Source: an uncultured Candidatus Saccharibacteria bacterium (lineage in GTDB: Bacteria > Patescibacteriota > Minisyncoccia > Phycocordibacterales > Phycocordibacteraceae). Taken from it: 64,000 bases of DNA. The DNA is taken from NCBI GenBank assembly GCA_964469405.1, contig CAYXYP010000001.1, forward strand, positions 36,782 to 100,781, written 5' to 3'. The notes beneath the pieces were generated by a model that did not search any database, had not been told where the DNA came from, and was given only the letters and a program-made list of their open reading frames with translations. Both the position numbers and the translations under genes were made by a program. Below, in pieces: positions 15,959-27,254 of the stretch (positions are counted from its first letter, which is position 1; each line of letters opens with the position of its first letter).

Positions 15959-17383
15959 CTATACATTCTCAACAGCACTACCGAGAGTAAAGAGTGCACT
16001 TTCTCCCTGGTGCGGTGCCGTGAGATGCATACCCACAGGGAGTTTTTTCCCATCACGTTCGACCAAGCCCATCGGAACTGAAATCGCCGGCATGCCGGTG
16101 AGGTTCGCCGTCACGGTAAAAATGTCCTCAAGATACATGGAGAGAGGGTCGCTCTTCTCGCCGAATAGAAATGCCGGCGAAGGTGTCGTAGGAAAAGCAA
16201 TAACGTCAGCCTTCATAAAGGCATCCGTATATTCGCGCCGCAATACCGCGCGTGCCGCGTCCGCCTTACGATAATAAGCGTCGATGTAACCTGAAGAAAG
16301 CACAAATGTGCCTAGCAGAATGCGACGGCGCGTCTCCTCCCCAAAGCCCTCCGTACGCGAATTAATATAATCATCGAGCAATGTCTCTCCATGAGCAGCA
16401 AGTCCATACCGAATACCATCAAGACGTGCGAGATTCGTCGAGACCTCGGCGGGCATGATGACGTAATAAGCTGCGAGCGCGTGAGCACTTGTCGGCAATT
16501 CGATATCGACGAGAGTATGTCCGGCTTCAGCAAGCTTGTTAAGCATCGTATTGAAAACGACAAGGACGTCCGCATTAACTCCCGCACCAAGAAGATGTCG
16601 TGGGACTCCGATGCGAAGTTGCTTTGGGAGCTCACGCGTCCCATAGAGGCCGTCCGGAATAGTCGTGGAATCGAGGGGATCTATACCGCGAATTGCTTCA
16701 TACAGAATTTGAGTATCGGCAACCGATTTTGTGAGGGGGCCGATCTGATCGAGCGAGGATCCCATCGCGATGAGTCCTGATCGCGATACGCCACCATATG
16801 TCGGCTTCAGTCCCACTAGACCGGTAAATGATGCTGGTTGACGAACGGACCCGCCCGTATCAGAGCCCAGAGCGGCAATGGCGAGATGCGCAGCAACAGC
16901 CGTTGCAGAACCGCCGGAGGAACCGCCGGGCACGCGCTTAATGTCATGCGGATTTTTTGTGGTACCGAACGCGGAGTGTTCGGTTGAAGACCCCATAGCG
17001 AATTCGTCCATATTGGTGCGACCGAGAAAGAGCGCTCCCGCGTCTTTCAATTTTTTTATAACTGTCGCGTCATAGGTCGCGCGATAGTTCGCGAGCATCT
17101 TTGACGCTGCACTTGCGATCTTCCCTTCTATTAAAATATTGTCCTTTATCGCGAGCGGGATGCCACACATAAGAGGTGCTTTCTCGCCCTCAGTGTCGAT
17201 ACGTTTTTGTGCGGCAACTATCGCTACATCGTCTGCCTCAAATATTTCCAAATACGCATGTAGTTCCGGATTCTTCTCCTCGATTGCTTTGCTGCAAGCA
17301 TCCCAGAGATCGCGTACGGAAAAATCCCGCGCGCGAAGCGCGCGGGCTGCTTCGACTATCGTCATTTCATTTGGCTTTTTCAT
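15959..17383 (-). CDS. gatA: Glu-tRNA(Gln) amidotransferase subunit A
   Basis: Amidase signature 'GGSSGGSA'; full-length similarity. Confidence 0.9.
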   Translation of the reverse strand: MKKPNEMTIVEAARALRARDFSVRDLWDACSKAIEEKNPELHAYLEIFEADDVAIVAAQKRIDTEGEKAPLMCGIPLAIKDNILIEGKIASAASKMLANYRATYDATVIKKLKDAGALFLGRTNMDEFAMGSSTEHSAFGTTKNPHDIKRVPGGSSGGSATAVAAHLAIAALGSDTGGSVRQPASFTGLVGLKPTYGGVSRSGLIAMGSSLDQIGPLTKSVADTQILYEAIRGIDPLDSTTIPDGLYGTRELPKQLRIGVPRHLLGAGVNADVLVVFNTMLNKLAEAGHTLVDIELPTSAHALAAYYVIMPAEVSTNLARLDGIRYGLAAHGETLLDDYINSRTEGFGEETRRRILLGTFVLSSGYIDAYYRKADAARAVLRREYTDAFMKADVIAFPTTPSPAFLFGEKSDPLSMYLEDIFTVTANLTGMPAISVPMGLVERDGKKLPVGMHLTAPHQGESALFTLGSAVENV

Positions 17384-17407
17384 ATGCAGAAGCTACCAAG
17401 AGAATAG

Positions 17408-17704
17408 CTACTCGTGAGAAATAATCTGCTTCACGACTAGCGCGTCACCTTTGCGCGCGGAAAACTGTGCCGCAATCTTCTCGGTATACATAGCGGGGGC
17501 GTGCGGTTCCCCGTCTACGCGCATGACATTCCGCAATGTTTGACCACGCCGCAAAGCCTCGCCTTGCGGAATCTCAACAGTGGAAATGGTCTCGACGTAC
17601 GCGAGTATCGCGTCAAATTCTTTCGTGAATTTCTCGAGCTCCGCATCCGCTACCTTGATGCGCGCGAGCGATGCTAGTTTTTTTACCTCCTCTACAGTCG
17701 CCAT
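17408..17704 (-). CDS. gatC: Glu-tRNA(Gln) amidotransferase subunit C (start at internal Met MATVEEV)
   Basis: ~98-aa GatC-like sequence immediately upstream of gatA; longer ORF would overlap ligA. Confidence 0.75.
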   Translation of the reverse strand: MATVEEVKKLASLARIKVADAELEKFTKEFDAILAYVETISTVEIPQGEALRRGQTLRNVMRVDGEPHAPAMYTEKIAAQFSARKGDALVVKQIISHE

Positions 17705-17717
17705 TGTTCGCACTCTA

Positions 17718-19733
<2,016 letters not shown>

Positions 19734-19744
19734 TCAGCAGAATC

Positions 19745-19819
19745 ACCTACTGGGTGGTTCAGCAGAATCACCTACTGGGTGGTTCAGCAGAATCACCTAC
19801 TGGGTGATTTTTTCGACGG
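19745..19819. repeat. 3 x 25-bp perfect tandem repeat (TTCAGCAGAATCACCTACTGGGTGG) followed by a T-run
   Basis: Copies at 19745-19769, 19770-19794, 19795-19819 (last base differs); each contains a TCACC-N5-GGTGA mini-palindrome; lies between the ligA start and a pilin-like gene stop. Confidence 0.85.
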
Positions 19820-19879
19820 TATTCCAGCGAGAAAAATCATGTCGAAAATGAGCACATTTTCGACCATACTCTCACACAC

Positions 19880-20410
19880 CTACTGATATTGGGCACTAAG
19901 TCCTCGCACCACGAAACGTGCGCCGCCTGGCGCTGCTACCGTCGCGCATGAGACGTCATAGCCCTGCGAGAAGATGTACGTTGTCCCCGTACCAGATCTT
20001 GGTTTGTATATCGTTACTTCTGCACAACGCGTGCCTGGCATACCTACTGCAGGCGAATCAAGCGATACATACTCTCTAATAACCCATTTAGTCGATGGGG
20101 TATACGAAACAATTCCATCAGATAACAAGAGTGGGTACGTCGCATCAACACCATCGCAATTTATTTTCGGCGCAAGAGCCGGTTTGACCGGAGGGAACGC
20201 AAAAATACCCTTTTGCTGATCTTGATAGAGCACGCATTCAAGTGCGGCATCAGCAGCATAAAATGCGTACTGCGATTGGATAGCCGCCGAAGCGAGTATC
20301 TGCTGCTTATACCCGAGCGAGCCGAGTATGAGCCCAAAGGTAAGCATCACCGACATGAAGATAACAGCGATGAGGAGTGCAAACCCGCGTTGTTGTATTT
20401 TTATTGCCAT
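19880..20410 (-). CDS. prepilin-type (class III signal) minor pilin/pseudopilin-like protein
   Basis: 'MAIKIQQRG|FALLIAVIFMSVML' prepilin N-terminus (no Glu5). Confidence 0.5.
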   Translation of the reverse strand: MAIKIQQRGFALLIAVIFMSVMLTFGLILGSLGYKQQILASAAIQSQYAFYAADAALECVLYQDQQKGIFAFPPVKPALAPKINCDGVDATYPLLLSDGIVSYTPSTKWVIREYVSLDSPAVGMPGTRCAEVTIYKPRSGTGTTYIFSQGYDVSCATVAAPGGARFVVRGLSAQYQ

Positions 20411-21063
20411 GGCGTGAGGTGATTGGTGGACTTTACAGAGTATGACGTACCGTGGAAACTCCAAGAAACGGTCGACGTGACGCTCATTTCGTTCGGCGAG
20501 ATAGTCTTCACTTGAATCGTACGCGTGTAGGGTGTAACCACACCGCCGAGGTCCGTACGCGGAGTATACATGTCAGATGTCGCATTGTTCGCTAAGTAGA
20601 GTGGGGCGCACGATCCAGAACAGATTTGGAGTGAATGCAGTGAATGCTCAGTATCTATCGCCCCCACGCCCATTATGCGTGTCGGATCAAGCATACACGT
20701 CGCCGGATCGTGACAAGGAGAAATTACTCCATTGAAGTTTGTCCATGCCACCGTGGAAACATTTGGGACGTTAGTAGCAAATGCAGCCAGATACTCATGG
20801 TCCCGCATCGCGCGTACATGTTCAATACCCTCCTGAGCCAGGTGCGAGGCAGTGAGCTGCAAACGAGCACCTTGTGCGGCCACGATTGCACGATTTGCTG
20901 TAAATAATGGTCCCGCTACCGAAAATGTAACAATGGTGACAGCGACCAGAGCTTCAATGAGGGTAAAGCCGCGGACGACTTTGCTCCCGACACTCGCCTC
21001 GGTCAAATGCATGTTCCCATGCGTTTGACGCTCGGCTCGCTTGGTAGTAAACCCTGAAGACAT
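20401..21063 (-). CDS. type IV minor pilin-like protein with an extended, internally duplicated leader
   Basis: '...KVVRG|FTLIEALVAVTIV' prepilin motif; candidate starts at MSSGFTT (21063) or MHLTEAS (21012). Confidence 0.55.
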   Translation of the reverse strand: MSSGFTTKRAERQTHGNMHLTEASVGSKVVRGFTLIEALVAVTIVTFSVAGPLFTANRAIVAAQGARLQLTASHLAQEGIEHVRAMRDHEYLAAFATNVPNVSTVAWTNFNGVISPCHDPATCMLDPTRIMGVGAIDTEHSLHSLQICSGSCAPLYLANNATSDMYTPRTDLGGVVTPYTRTIQVKTISPNEMSVTSTVSWSFHGTSYSVKSTNHLTPWQ

Positions 21064-21143
21064 GGTTTGCTCCCGACACTCGTTCGCAAAAGAAAAATAA
21101 GAATTTCTCATTTGTCTCACTCGCTTGGTAGTAAAGCCGCGGA
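21055..21143 (-). repeat. conserved ~90-bp pilin 5' leader repeat, copy 1 (carries SD GGGAG and the ATG)
   Basis: ~93% identical to 22467-22552; partial third tandem-degenerate copy at 20980-21050. Confidence 0.7.
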
Positions 21144-21164
21144 CTTTTTTTATATTCATCATAC

Positions 21165-21680
21165 TCATAGGTCAGAACCTCGCATGGTTGCTGCGGTCTC
21201 AACCGTGAACGGTTCAGAGGTCACCGGCCCAGAAGGGACTGTGCCTTTGATAATAATCAAGACGCGGGGCTGCTCAACATTGCCCTGTCCCGTTGGTTTT
21301 GTACCAAACGCATAGAACGTAAGCGCCGAAATATTGACTGAAGGATCGGTAAGATCGTTTGTTGCAGTACCTGTCGTTTCTTGTATCTTGCCGTTGGCAA
21401 GAGTATATGTAACTATTGGGCCTTCCGAAGATTTGAAAGAAAAACTATTTCCTCCAGCGCAATCCGTACCGAGAACGGGGCAACCGTAGCCTGTACCCGT
21501 GCGAATTTTATACGTCATCGTCTGAAGGGCGAAGGAGAGATTATTAATGCCGGTAGTGATGCTTTGTGTCTGTCGATTGACGTTGATCATCAAGAGATAT
21601 GCCCCTGAGGCGAGCGTCATGACCACCGCAAAAAGTCCGACCGCGACAATGAGCTCGATGAGCGTGAAGCCTCTTTGCAT
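21165..21680 (-). CDS. prepilin-type pseudopilin (start MQRG|FTLIELIVAV)
   Basis: Canonical G|FTLIE class III signal peptide with Glu5. Confidence 0.6.
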   Translation of the reverse strand: MQRGFTLIELIVAVGLFAVVMTLASGAYLLMINVNRQTQSITTGINNLSFALQTMTYKIRTGTGYGCPVLGTDCAGGNSFSFKSSEGPIVTYTLANGKIQETTGTATNDLTDPSVNISALTFYAFGTKPTGQGNVEQPRVLIIIKGTVPSGPVTSEPFTVETAATMRGSDL

Positions 21681-21772
21681 CAGATTTCTATGCCGTGAAA
21701 CCAGCGGCGTATGTGTCCAAAAAAGAGTTCGTGCTGTAGCGCTACACTGTGTGCGTATGAGTGAAAGATTTT

Positions 21773-22474
21773 TCATCCTGCTTGGCATCGAGTCGCACTT
21801 ACGGTGATTGCTCCGGATGGCAGAATAAAGATCGACCGCGTGATGCTACTTCCCGGCGCAGAAATTTCAAGACATGCTTTCGATCTCAATTGAATTTTAT
21901 TCTTTTTCCTATTCACTGCTATGAATGGACTTGGGTTTGGCCGTGTAAAGACGATGTCGACAAAACTTAACTTTGCATCACCCTCCCCTTCTTCATCAGT
22001 TCCCGTTACTCCTACTTCTTTGCATTTCCAATCACCAGAAGCCTTGGCGGTACAAAAACGGCTTATGTATATTCCATTCTCCACCTTATAGTCCTTGACC
22101 CATTCACCTTTGGTAGGATCGGGATTATACACACAGTCACCACGCTTTGCGTCTGGTCCATTCGGATCGGATAGTGGTAAAGGGGAATGACAAAAGGAAT
22201 TGCTTGGGGCAGGGTCAATATCTTTGAAGAGCGTGAAGGAGGTTGGGGAGGCAGTATCGAAGTGGAGACCATATCCCACGCCATTTACGCTAAGTCCGGA
22301 ACTGCTGACGCCGAAGGTTTCCACGGAGCGCACGGTCAGCGCGATATCATACGCAGTATTCGCGAGTACGAGCGTTTTATTAAAAGAAGTTTGGCTGCTC
22401 AATACAACACCGCTAATGACTGTGATAATTGCCAACACCACCACCATTTCAACCAGGGTAAACCCCGAAGACAT
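21773..22474 (-). CDS. type IV minor pilin-like protein (start MSSG|FTLVEMVV)
   Basis: Prepilin motif; SD GGGAG 7 nt upstream of the ATG inside the conserved leader repeat. Confidence 0.55.
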   Translation of the reverse strand: MSSGFTLVEMVVVLAIITVISGVVLSSQTSFNKTLVLANTAYDIALTVRSVETFGVSSSGLSVNGVGYGLHFDTASPTSFTLFKDIDPAPSNSFCHSPLPLSDPNGPDAKRGDCVYNPDPTKGEWVKDYKVENGIYISRFCTAKASGDWKCKEVGVTGTDEEGEGDAKLSFVDIVFTRPNPSPFIAVNRKKNKIQLRSKACLEISAPGSSITRSIFILPSGAITVSATRCQAG

Positions 22475-22552
22475 GGTTTGCTCCCGACGCTCGTTCGCAA
22501 AAGAAAAATCGGAATTTCTCATTTGCCTCACTCGCTTGGTAGTAAAGCCGCG
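22467..22552 (-). repeat. conserved ~90-bp pilin 5' leader repeat, copy 2
   Basis: See copy 1. Confidence 0.7.
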
Positions 22553-22572
22553 GCCAAATTTATTCTGATTGG

Positions 22573-23328
22573 TCAAAAGAGTGGTAGAGGGTTCCATTGG
22601 GTAAAATAAGCGAGGAGAAAACCGGCCGCGAGATAAGGCGCGAAGGGTACCTCAACTCCTGTCATGATAGACCCTCTCGGCCTCCGCGCCAATATAACTA
22701 TCCCCACAACTGCTCCAATCCAGAATGAAAAAATGAACCCAGGAAATGCGGCGGAGCCGACAAGAAGTGCGAGACCAAACGCAAGCGGAGCATCCGCAAA
22801 ACCCATGGCACGGCCACGAGATATGACGTGAACAAGAGCAAGACTTGCTGCAATAAGAAGAGCCGTAAGGAGTGTGCCAGAAAAAGCCGTAAACGAAGAA
22901 GCGGACAAGAAGCCCGTTACCGCTGCCAATACGACAAATGTAACAAGAAGTGGGAACGGCAGTATCTGATGCAAAAAATCATAGAGAACGAGTGCGAGAA
23001 GAACTGAGATTGAAAGAAGCATGAATGGCAGCGCGACCCCAAGACCGAGCGATTGATAGACGAGGACGAAGAGTCCCCCGAGTAGAAATTCCGTAAGCGG
23101 TGCATAGAGAGAAATACGTGCGCCGCAACAATGCGCCCGCCCGCCCGAAACGAAGTAGGAGAGAATCGGAACAAGTGCGTGCGGTGGAAGCTGTAGCGCG
23201 CATGCATCGCATCGCGACCGGCCGGTGAGTATACTCTCTCCGGTATTGAGACGCGCCACGACAACGCCAATAAAACTGGCAATAATAGCTCCGAGGAGGA
23301 AGAATCCGACGGAGAATAGCGAAACCAT
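22573..23328 (-). CDS. pilD: prepilin peptidase (A24 family)
   Basis: N-terminal CxxC...CxxC zinc-binding region; polytopic membrane protein with conserved Asp motifs. Confidence 0.8.
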   Translation of the reverse strand: MVSLFSVGFFLLGAIIASFIGVVVARLNTGESILTGRSRCDACALQLPPHALVPILSYFVSGGRAHCCGARISLYAPLTEFLLGGLFVLVYQSLGLGVALPFMLLSISVLLALVLYDFLHQILPFPLLVTFVVLAAVTGFLSASSFTAFSGTLLTALLIAASLALVHVISRGRAMGFADAPLAFGLALLVGSAAFPGFIFSFWIGAVVGIVILARRPRGSIMTGVEVPFAPYLAAGFLLAYFTQWNPLPLF

Positions 23329-23410
23329 ATGCGTATCATAACAGAAACCCGCGGCATGGCCGCGGGTTTCTGTTATGAACTACTCTTCCCTTTTCTTCGA
23401 AGAAATATGT

Positions 23411-23875
23411 TTACGGACAGACGGTATCAGTAGCGCCGAAGTTAACTCCATCGATCATCTTACCGACACTTGTACTATCAATGCACCAGGACTTACTAGA
23501 GTCAGCAACCATCTGCGCGGAAACGGCGTATTCAGTGCCATCGACGCTTACATTGCAAATAATTGTACCGCCACCATTTGCAGTATCAGCAGCAGCAACG
23601 GCTCGAGATATGTTCGAATCGCTGAACATATTATTGGAAGCTGCGCAATCTCCTGGTACTACCGCCTCTGTGCCATAACTATTTCCTCCGACATCCTCAT
23701 AGTAGAGTTGTGCTTGAGTCCGTACAGCCGAGAGATTCGACTGGATAGAAGCATCATTGCCCTTCGAGCGAGCCGTGTTGAGAGAAGCGAGCACGACCGC
23801 CGAGAGGATACCGATGATAGCTATGACAACGAGAAGTTCGATGAGTGTGAAGCCCCGTTTGAGATTATGCTGCAT
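23411..23875 (-). CDS. type IV major pilin (PilA-like), paralog 1
   Basis: 'MQHNLKRG|FTLIELLVVIAIIGILSAVVLASLNTARSKG'. Confidence 0.85.
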   Translation of the reverse strand: MQHNLKRGFTLIELLVVIAIIGILSAVVLASLNTARSKGNDASIQSNLSAVRTQAQLYYEDVGGNSYGTEAVVPGDCAASNNMFSDSNISRAVAAADTANGGGTIICNVSVDGTEYAVSAQMVADSSKSWCIDSTSVGKMIDGVNFGATDTVCP

Positions 23876-23902
23876 AAGGAATGAGAGCGAATCTGAATCT
23901 GA

Positions 23903-24391
23903 TTAGCTCGCTGGGCAGGCCGCACCAACAAATGTAGCGCTAGTCCTTGCTCCTGCGAAACCAGTCGAATCAACACACCAATAAGGTGCCGAGCCAATGT
24001 TGACTGAAAGTTGCGAAAGGACCGCGTAGGCAGCAGGAGAGGCCGTAGAAACACACGTAACATTGGCTGCTCCATTAGCAAGTTCCGCGGAAACAATTGC
24101 CCTGTTAATCGTGAGATCGCCGCCCGCGTGGAACATAGTGGTGCCGACCGCCGCAGGTAAAGGACAATTAGCGGCAGTGAATGCTGGCCCGTAAGTATTA
24201 GCGCCAGCGCCGCCATAATAAATCTCCGCCTGGGTCTGAATGGTCGAGAGATTGGACTGGATAGAAGCGTTATTCCCCTTCGAGCGAGCCGTGTTGAGAG
24301 AAGCGAGCACGACTGCCGAGAGAATGCCGATGATAGCTATGACGACGAGGAGTTCGATGAGAGTGAAACCTTGGGAACGATTTTTATACAT
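23903..24391 (-). CDS. type IV major pilin (PilA-like), paralog 2
   Basis: 'MYKNRSQG|FTLIELLVVIAIIGILSAVVLASLNTARSKG'; N-terminal ~50 aa identical to paralog 1, C-terminus divergent. Confidence 0.85.
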   Translation of the reverse strand: MYKNRSQGFTLIELLVVIAIIGILSAVVLASLNTARSKGNNASIQSNLSTIQTQAEIYYGGAGANTYGPAFTAANCPLPAAVGTTMFHAGGDLTINRAIVSAELANGAANVTCVSTASPAAYAVLSQLSVNIGSAPYWCVDSTGFAGARTSATFVGAACPAS

Positions 24392-24539
24392 AATTATTTA
24401 TATTTGGCTAATGGCTGAATTGTACGCCTAGAAAGGCTTTTGTGGAAACAGGGGTGTGGATAAGGATTAGGAAAAGCCTTGCTCCCAGCGTCCCTTCGGA
24501 CGTGATGAGACATCGCACCCCGTCGGGTATGACGAAGCG

Positions 24540-25745
24540 TCAAATCGCTCCTGCGAGGTTATAAATTGGGATGAGCACTGCCGCGAGAAGCGAACCGACG
24601 CCGATGCCGAGGAGTACGATCATGATCGGCTCAATGAGTCCGACGAGGGTATCCACAGCATTTGTGACTTCGCGATTATAGAACTTAGCGAGCGTGGTGA
24701 GCATTTTACTGAGCTCTCCAGTCTCCTCACCGACTTTTGTCATCGCGACCATAATGCTTGGAATCTCTGAGTGCTTGGCGAAAGAATCGGAGATGGAAAT
24801 TCCCCCTTTCACATCTGCAACAACCCCAGCAAGTATCCTCGTATAGATACTATTGTCGACAACCGAACTCGTAATCTCAAGAGCTTCGACAACTGAGATT
24901 CCCGAGAGAAGCATGGTGGAAAAATTGTCTGCGATGCGCGAGAGATATAGCTTCCTATATAGATCGCCAACATAAGGAATTTGGAGTTTCAGACCATCAA
25001 AAACAAATTTACCCTTTTCAGTTTTCTTCAGCTGCCATAGATAAAAACCTCCCGCAATAAGGACAATGATAAAGAAAATGCCGTAGTGGACAATGAGGTT
25101 CGATAGACCAATGACGATTTTGGTGTAAATCGGTATTTCCTGACCGGAATCGATCAAAACGGCGCTAATCTTCGGAATGACAAGCGCGAGCATGAGCCCC
25201 ATCACCCCGAAGAAGACCGTGATAACAAAGGCTGGATACACGAGTGCATTCTCGGCCTTACTGACGAGCTCGTAGGAACGATCGAGATAGTCGGCGAGAT
25301 ACACGAACGTCTCTGCTAATTTGCCTGACTCTTCTCCCGCATTGACCATGTTCACATAGAATGCCGAGAAAATTTTCGGGTGGCGTGCAAGAGCTTTACT
25401 GAGAGAACTCCCGCCCTGAATATCATCTCCGACGGTTGCAAGAACGGCCGCAAGCTTTTTATTTTCAGCTTCGGCAGAAAGAAGACGAAAGGCACGAAGC
25501 GCAGATACTTGTGCTTCAAACAAAGTAGCTACCTGGCGCGAGAAAATAACAATATCCTTGTTGGAGACCCGTCCGAAAAACGGGAGTTCCACCTTGAGCA
25601 GTGAACTCTTCTCTGTGGATTCAATCGACGATATGATAAGACCTCGCCGTTGTAACGCAGCGACAGCAACATCTTGTGAGGGGGCCTCGACAGTCCCCTC
25701 TCGTTCATGACTGTCTTGATCAATTGCGTGATATTTAAATAACAT
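24540..25745 (-). CDS. pilC: type IV pilus platform protein PilC (GspF family)
   Basis: Two GspF repeats, 3 TM segments. Confidence 0.85.
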   Translation of the reverse strand: MLFKYHAIDQDSHEREGTVEAPSQDVAVAALQRRGLIISSIESTEKSSLLKVELPFFGRVSNKDIVIFSRQVATLFEAQVSALRAFRLLSAEAENKKLAAVLATVGDDIQGGSSLSKALARHPKIFSAFYVNMVNAGEESGKLAETFVYLADYLDRSYELVSKAENALVYPAFVITVFFGVMGLMLALVIPKISAVLIDSGQEIPIYTKIVIGLSNLIVHYGIFFIIVLIAGGFYLWQLKKTEKGKFVFDGLKLQIPYVGDLYRKLYLSRIADNFSTMLLSGISVVEALEITSSVVDNSIYTRILAGVVADVKGGISISDSFAKHSEIPSIMVAMTKVGEETGELSKMLTTLAKFYNREVTNAVDTLVGLIEPIMIVLLGIGVGSLLAAVLIPIYNLAGAI

Positions 25746-25748
25746 GGA

Positions 25749-26810
25749 TTAAAGGTAACGCTCGAACGTTTTTGGATCCATTGCATGCTCGTAGGCATGC
25801 TCTACCGTCACTTCTCCGCGACGGACAAGTTCCGCAAGCGAACGATCCATATCAATCATCCCCTCCTGAGACGACGTTTGAATGACGGCGTTGATCTCAT
25901 GAGTTCGTGCATCACGTATGAGGGTGCTTACCGCGTTGTTGTTGATAAGAAGTTCGTAGGAAGGAATGAGTCCACCCGAAACTCGCGGTATAAGCCGCTG
26001 TGAGAAGATACCTATGAGCGAGCCCGCGAGCTGCACACGCACTTGACTTTGTTGCTCGGCGGGAAACATGTCAATAATGCGGTCGATAGTTTGCGCCGCG
26101 CTATTGGTGTGGAGTGTAGAGAGCACGAGATGTCCGGTCTCCGCAGCAGTTACCGCCGAAGAAATAGTCTCGTAGTCACGCATCTCGCCGACCATGATGA
26201 CGTCGACGTCTTCTCTGAATGTGCCTTGGAGTGCCGCATGGAAATCGTGTGTATCGACATGAACCTCGCGTTGATGGATGAGCGATTTTTTCGGCGTAAA
26301 GAGATACTCGACGGGGTCCTCAATAGTGAGAATATGCTCCGCACGAGAGTCGTTGATGCGATCGATCATTGTCGCGAGTGTGGTCGACTTACCATTACCG
26401 ACGGGCCCGACAACAAGGAAGAACCCCTGCTTGCGCTGAGTAAATACTTCGAGGACGGAAGGGAGATTGAGATCCGCGAAGGTTCGTATCGCATGCGGGA
26501 TGAGACGAAGTGCGATTGAGGTTGTCCCCTGTGCGCGATACCCATTGACGCGGAAACGCGCATCTGCCCTGTGCGCATACGATAGATCGATGCTCTGATT
26601 CTGTTCGAACAACTTCCAGCGATCTCCCGCCACGATGCTTTGGAGCATCGCTTCAGTTTCTTTCTCGGTAAGCACCGGGTATTTATTGAGAGGAAACAGC
26701 GCGCCAGAAACGCGAATAATGGGCACTCCTCCAGCGACAAGATGGAGATCTGAACCACCCTCTTTGACGACTATGTCGAGAAGCTCTGCAAGACGATTAT
26801 CGGTAGTCAT
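25749..26810 (-). CDS. pilT: type IV pilus retraction ATPase PilT
   Basis: Walker A 'GPVGNGKSTT', PilT/PilU family length and motifs. Confidence 0.85.
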   Translation of the reverse strand: MTTDNRLAELLDIVVKEGGSDLHLVAGGVPIIRVSGALFPLNKYPVLTEKETEAMLQSIVAGDRWKLFEQNQSIDLSYAHRADARFRVNGYRAQGTTSIALRLIPHAIRTFADLNLPSVLEVFTQRKQGFFLVVGPVGNGKSTTLATMIDRINDSRAEHILTIEDPVEYLFTPKKSLIHQREVHVDTHDFHAALQGTFREDVDVIMVGEMRDYETISSAVTAAETGHLVLSTLHTNSAAQTIDRIIDMFPAEQQSQVRVQLAGSLIGIFSQRLIPRVSGGLIPSYELLINNNAVSTLIRDARTHEINAVIQTSSQEGMIDMDRSLAELVRRGEVTVEHAYEHAMDPKTFERYL

Positions 26811-26815
26811 AATAG

Positions 26816-27226
26816 TTAGGTAGTTGTTGGGTTACTTGTAGACGGCTCGCCCTGTATAACACGCAGGGTCTCGGCAAACACTTCCGAAGGAATCGCGGAC
26901 GCTTTAATGATGTATCCATCGACAGCGAATTGTTTCGCCTTCTCAATATCGGAAGGCTGGCCCTGATTTGAGAGGATTATAATCTTCGAGCCTTTCGCGA
27001 GCTCCTCCTTCCGGATTGTTGCGAGCGCTTCGAGACCGCTAACTCCCGGCATAATTAAATCGAGTAAAATGACATCCGGCGCGACAGCGTTCGGCTTCCG
27101 CAGAGCAGTCAAGAGTTCCTCACCCCCACCAAACGCAGTCACGTCATGTCCAGTGTTCTTAAACTTAACCGCGTACAAATCAAGAAGGAATCTGTCATCA
27201 TCAACAATGTACACGCGGTAATTCAT
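26816..27226 (-). CDS. stand-alone response-regulator receiver domain (PilH/CheY-like)
   Basis: 'VYIVDDD...ILLDLIMPG' receiver motifs. Confidence 0.8.
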   Translation of the reverse strand: MNYRVYIVDDDRFLLDLYAVKFKNTGHDVTAFGGGEELLTALRKPNAVAPDVILLDLIMPGVSGLEALATIRKEELAKGSKIIILSNQGQPSDIEKAKQFAVDGYIIKASAIPSEVFAETLRVIQGEPSTSNPTTT

Positions 27227-27254
27227 GATGTGAATAATATACTATGATTCCCCG

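Noticed and set aside
24392-24540. sigma54 promoter upstream of the pilin genes
   Set aside because: No TGGCAC-N5-TTGC element was found; only a weak sigma70-like TTTCCA-18-TACAAT candidate, so it is not reported as a feature.
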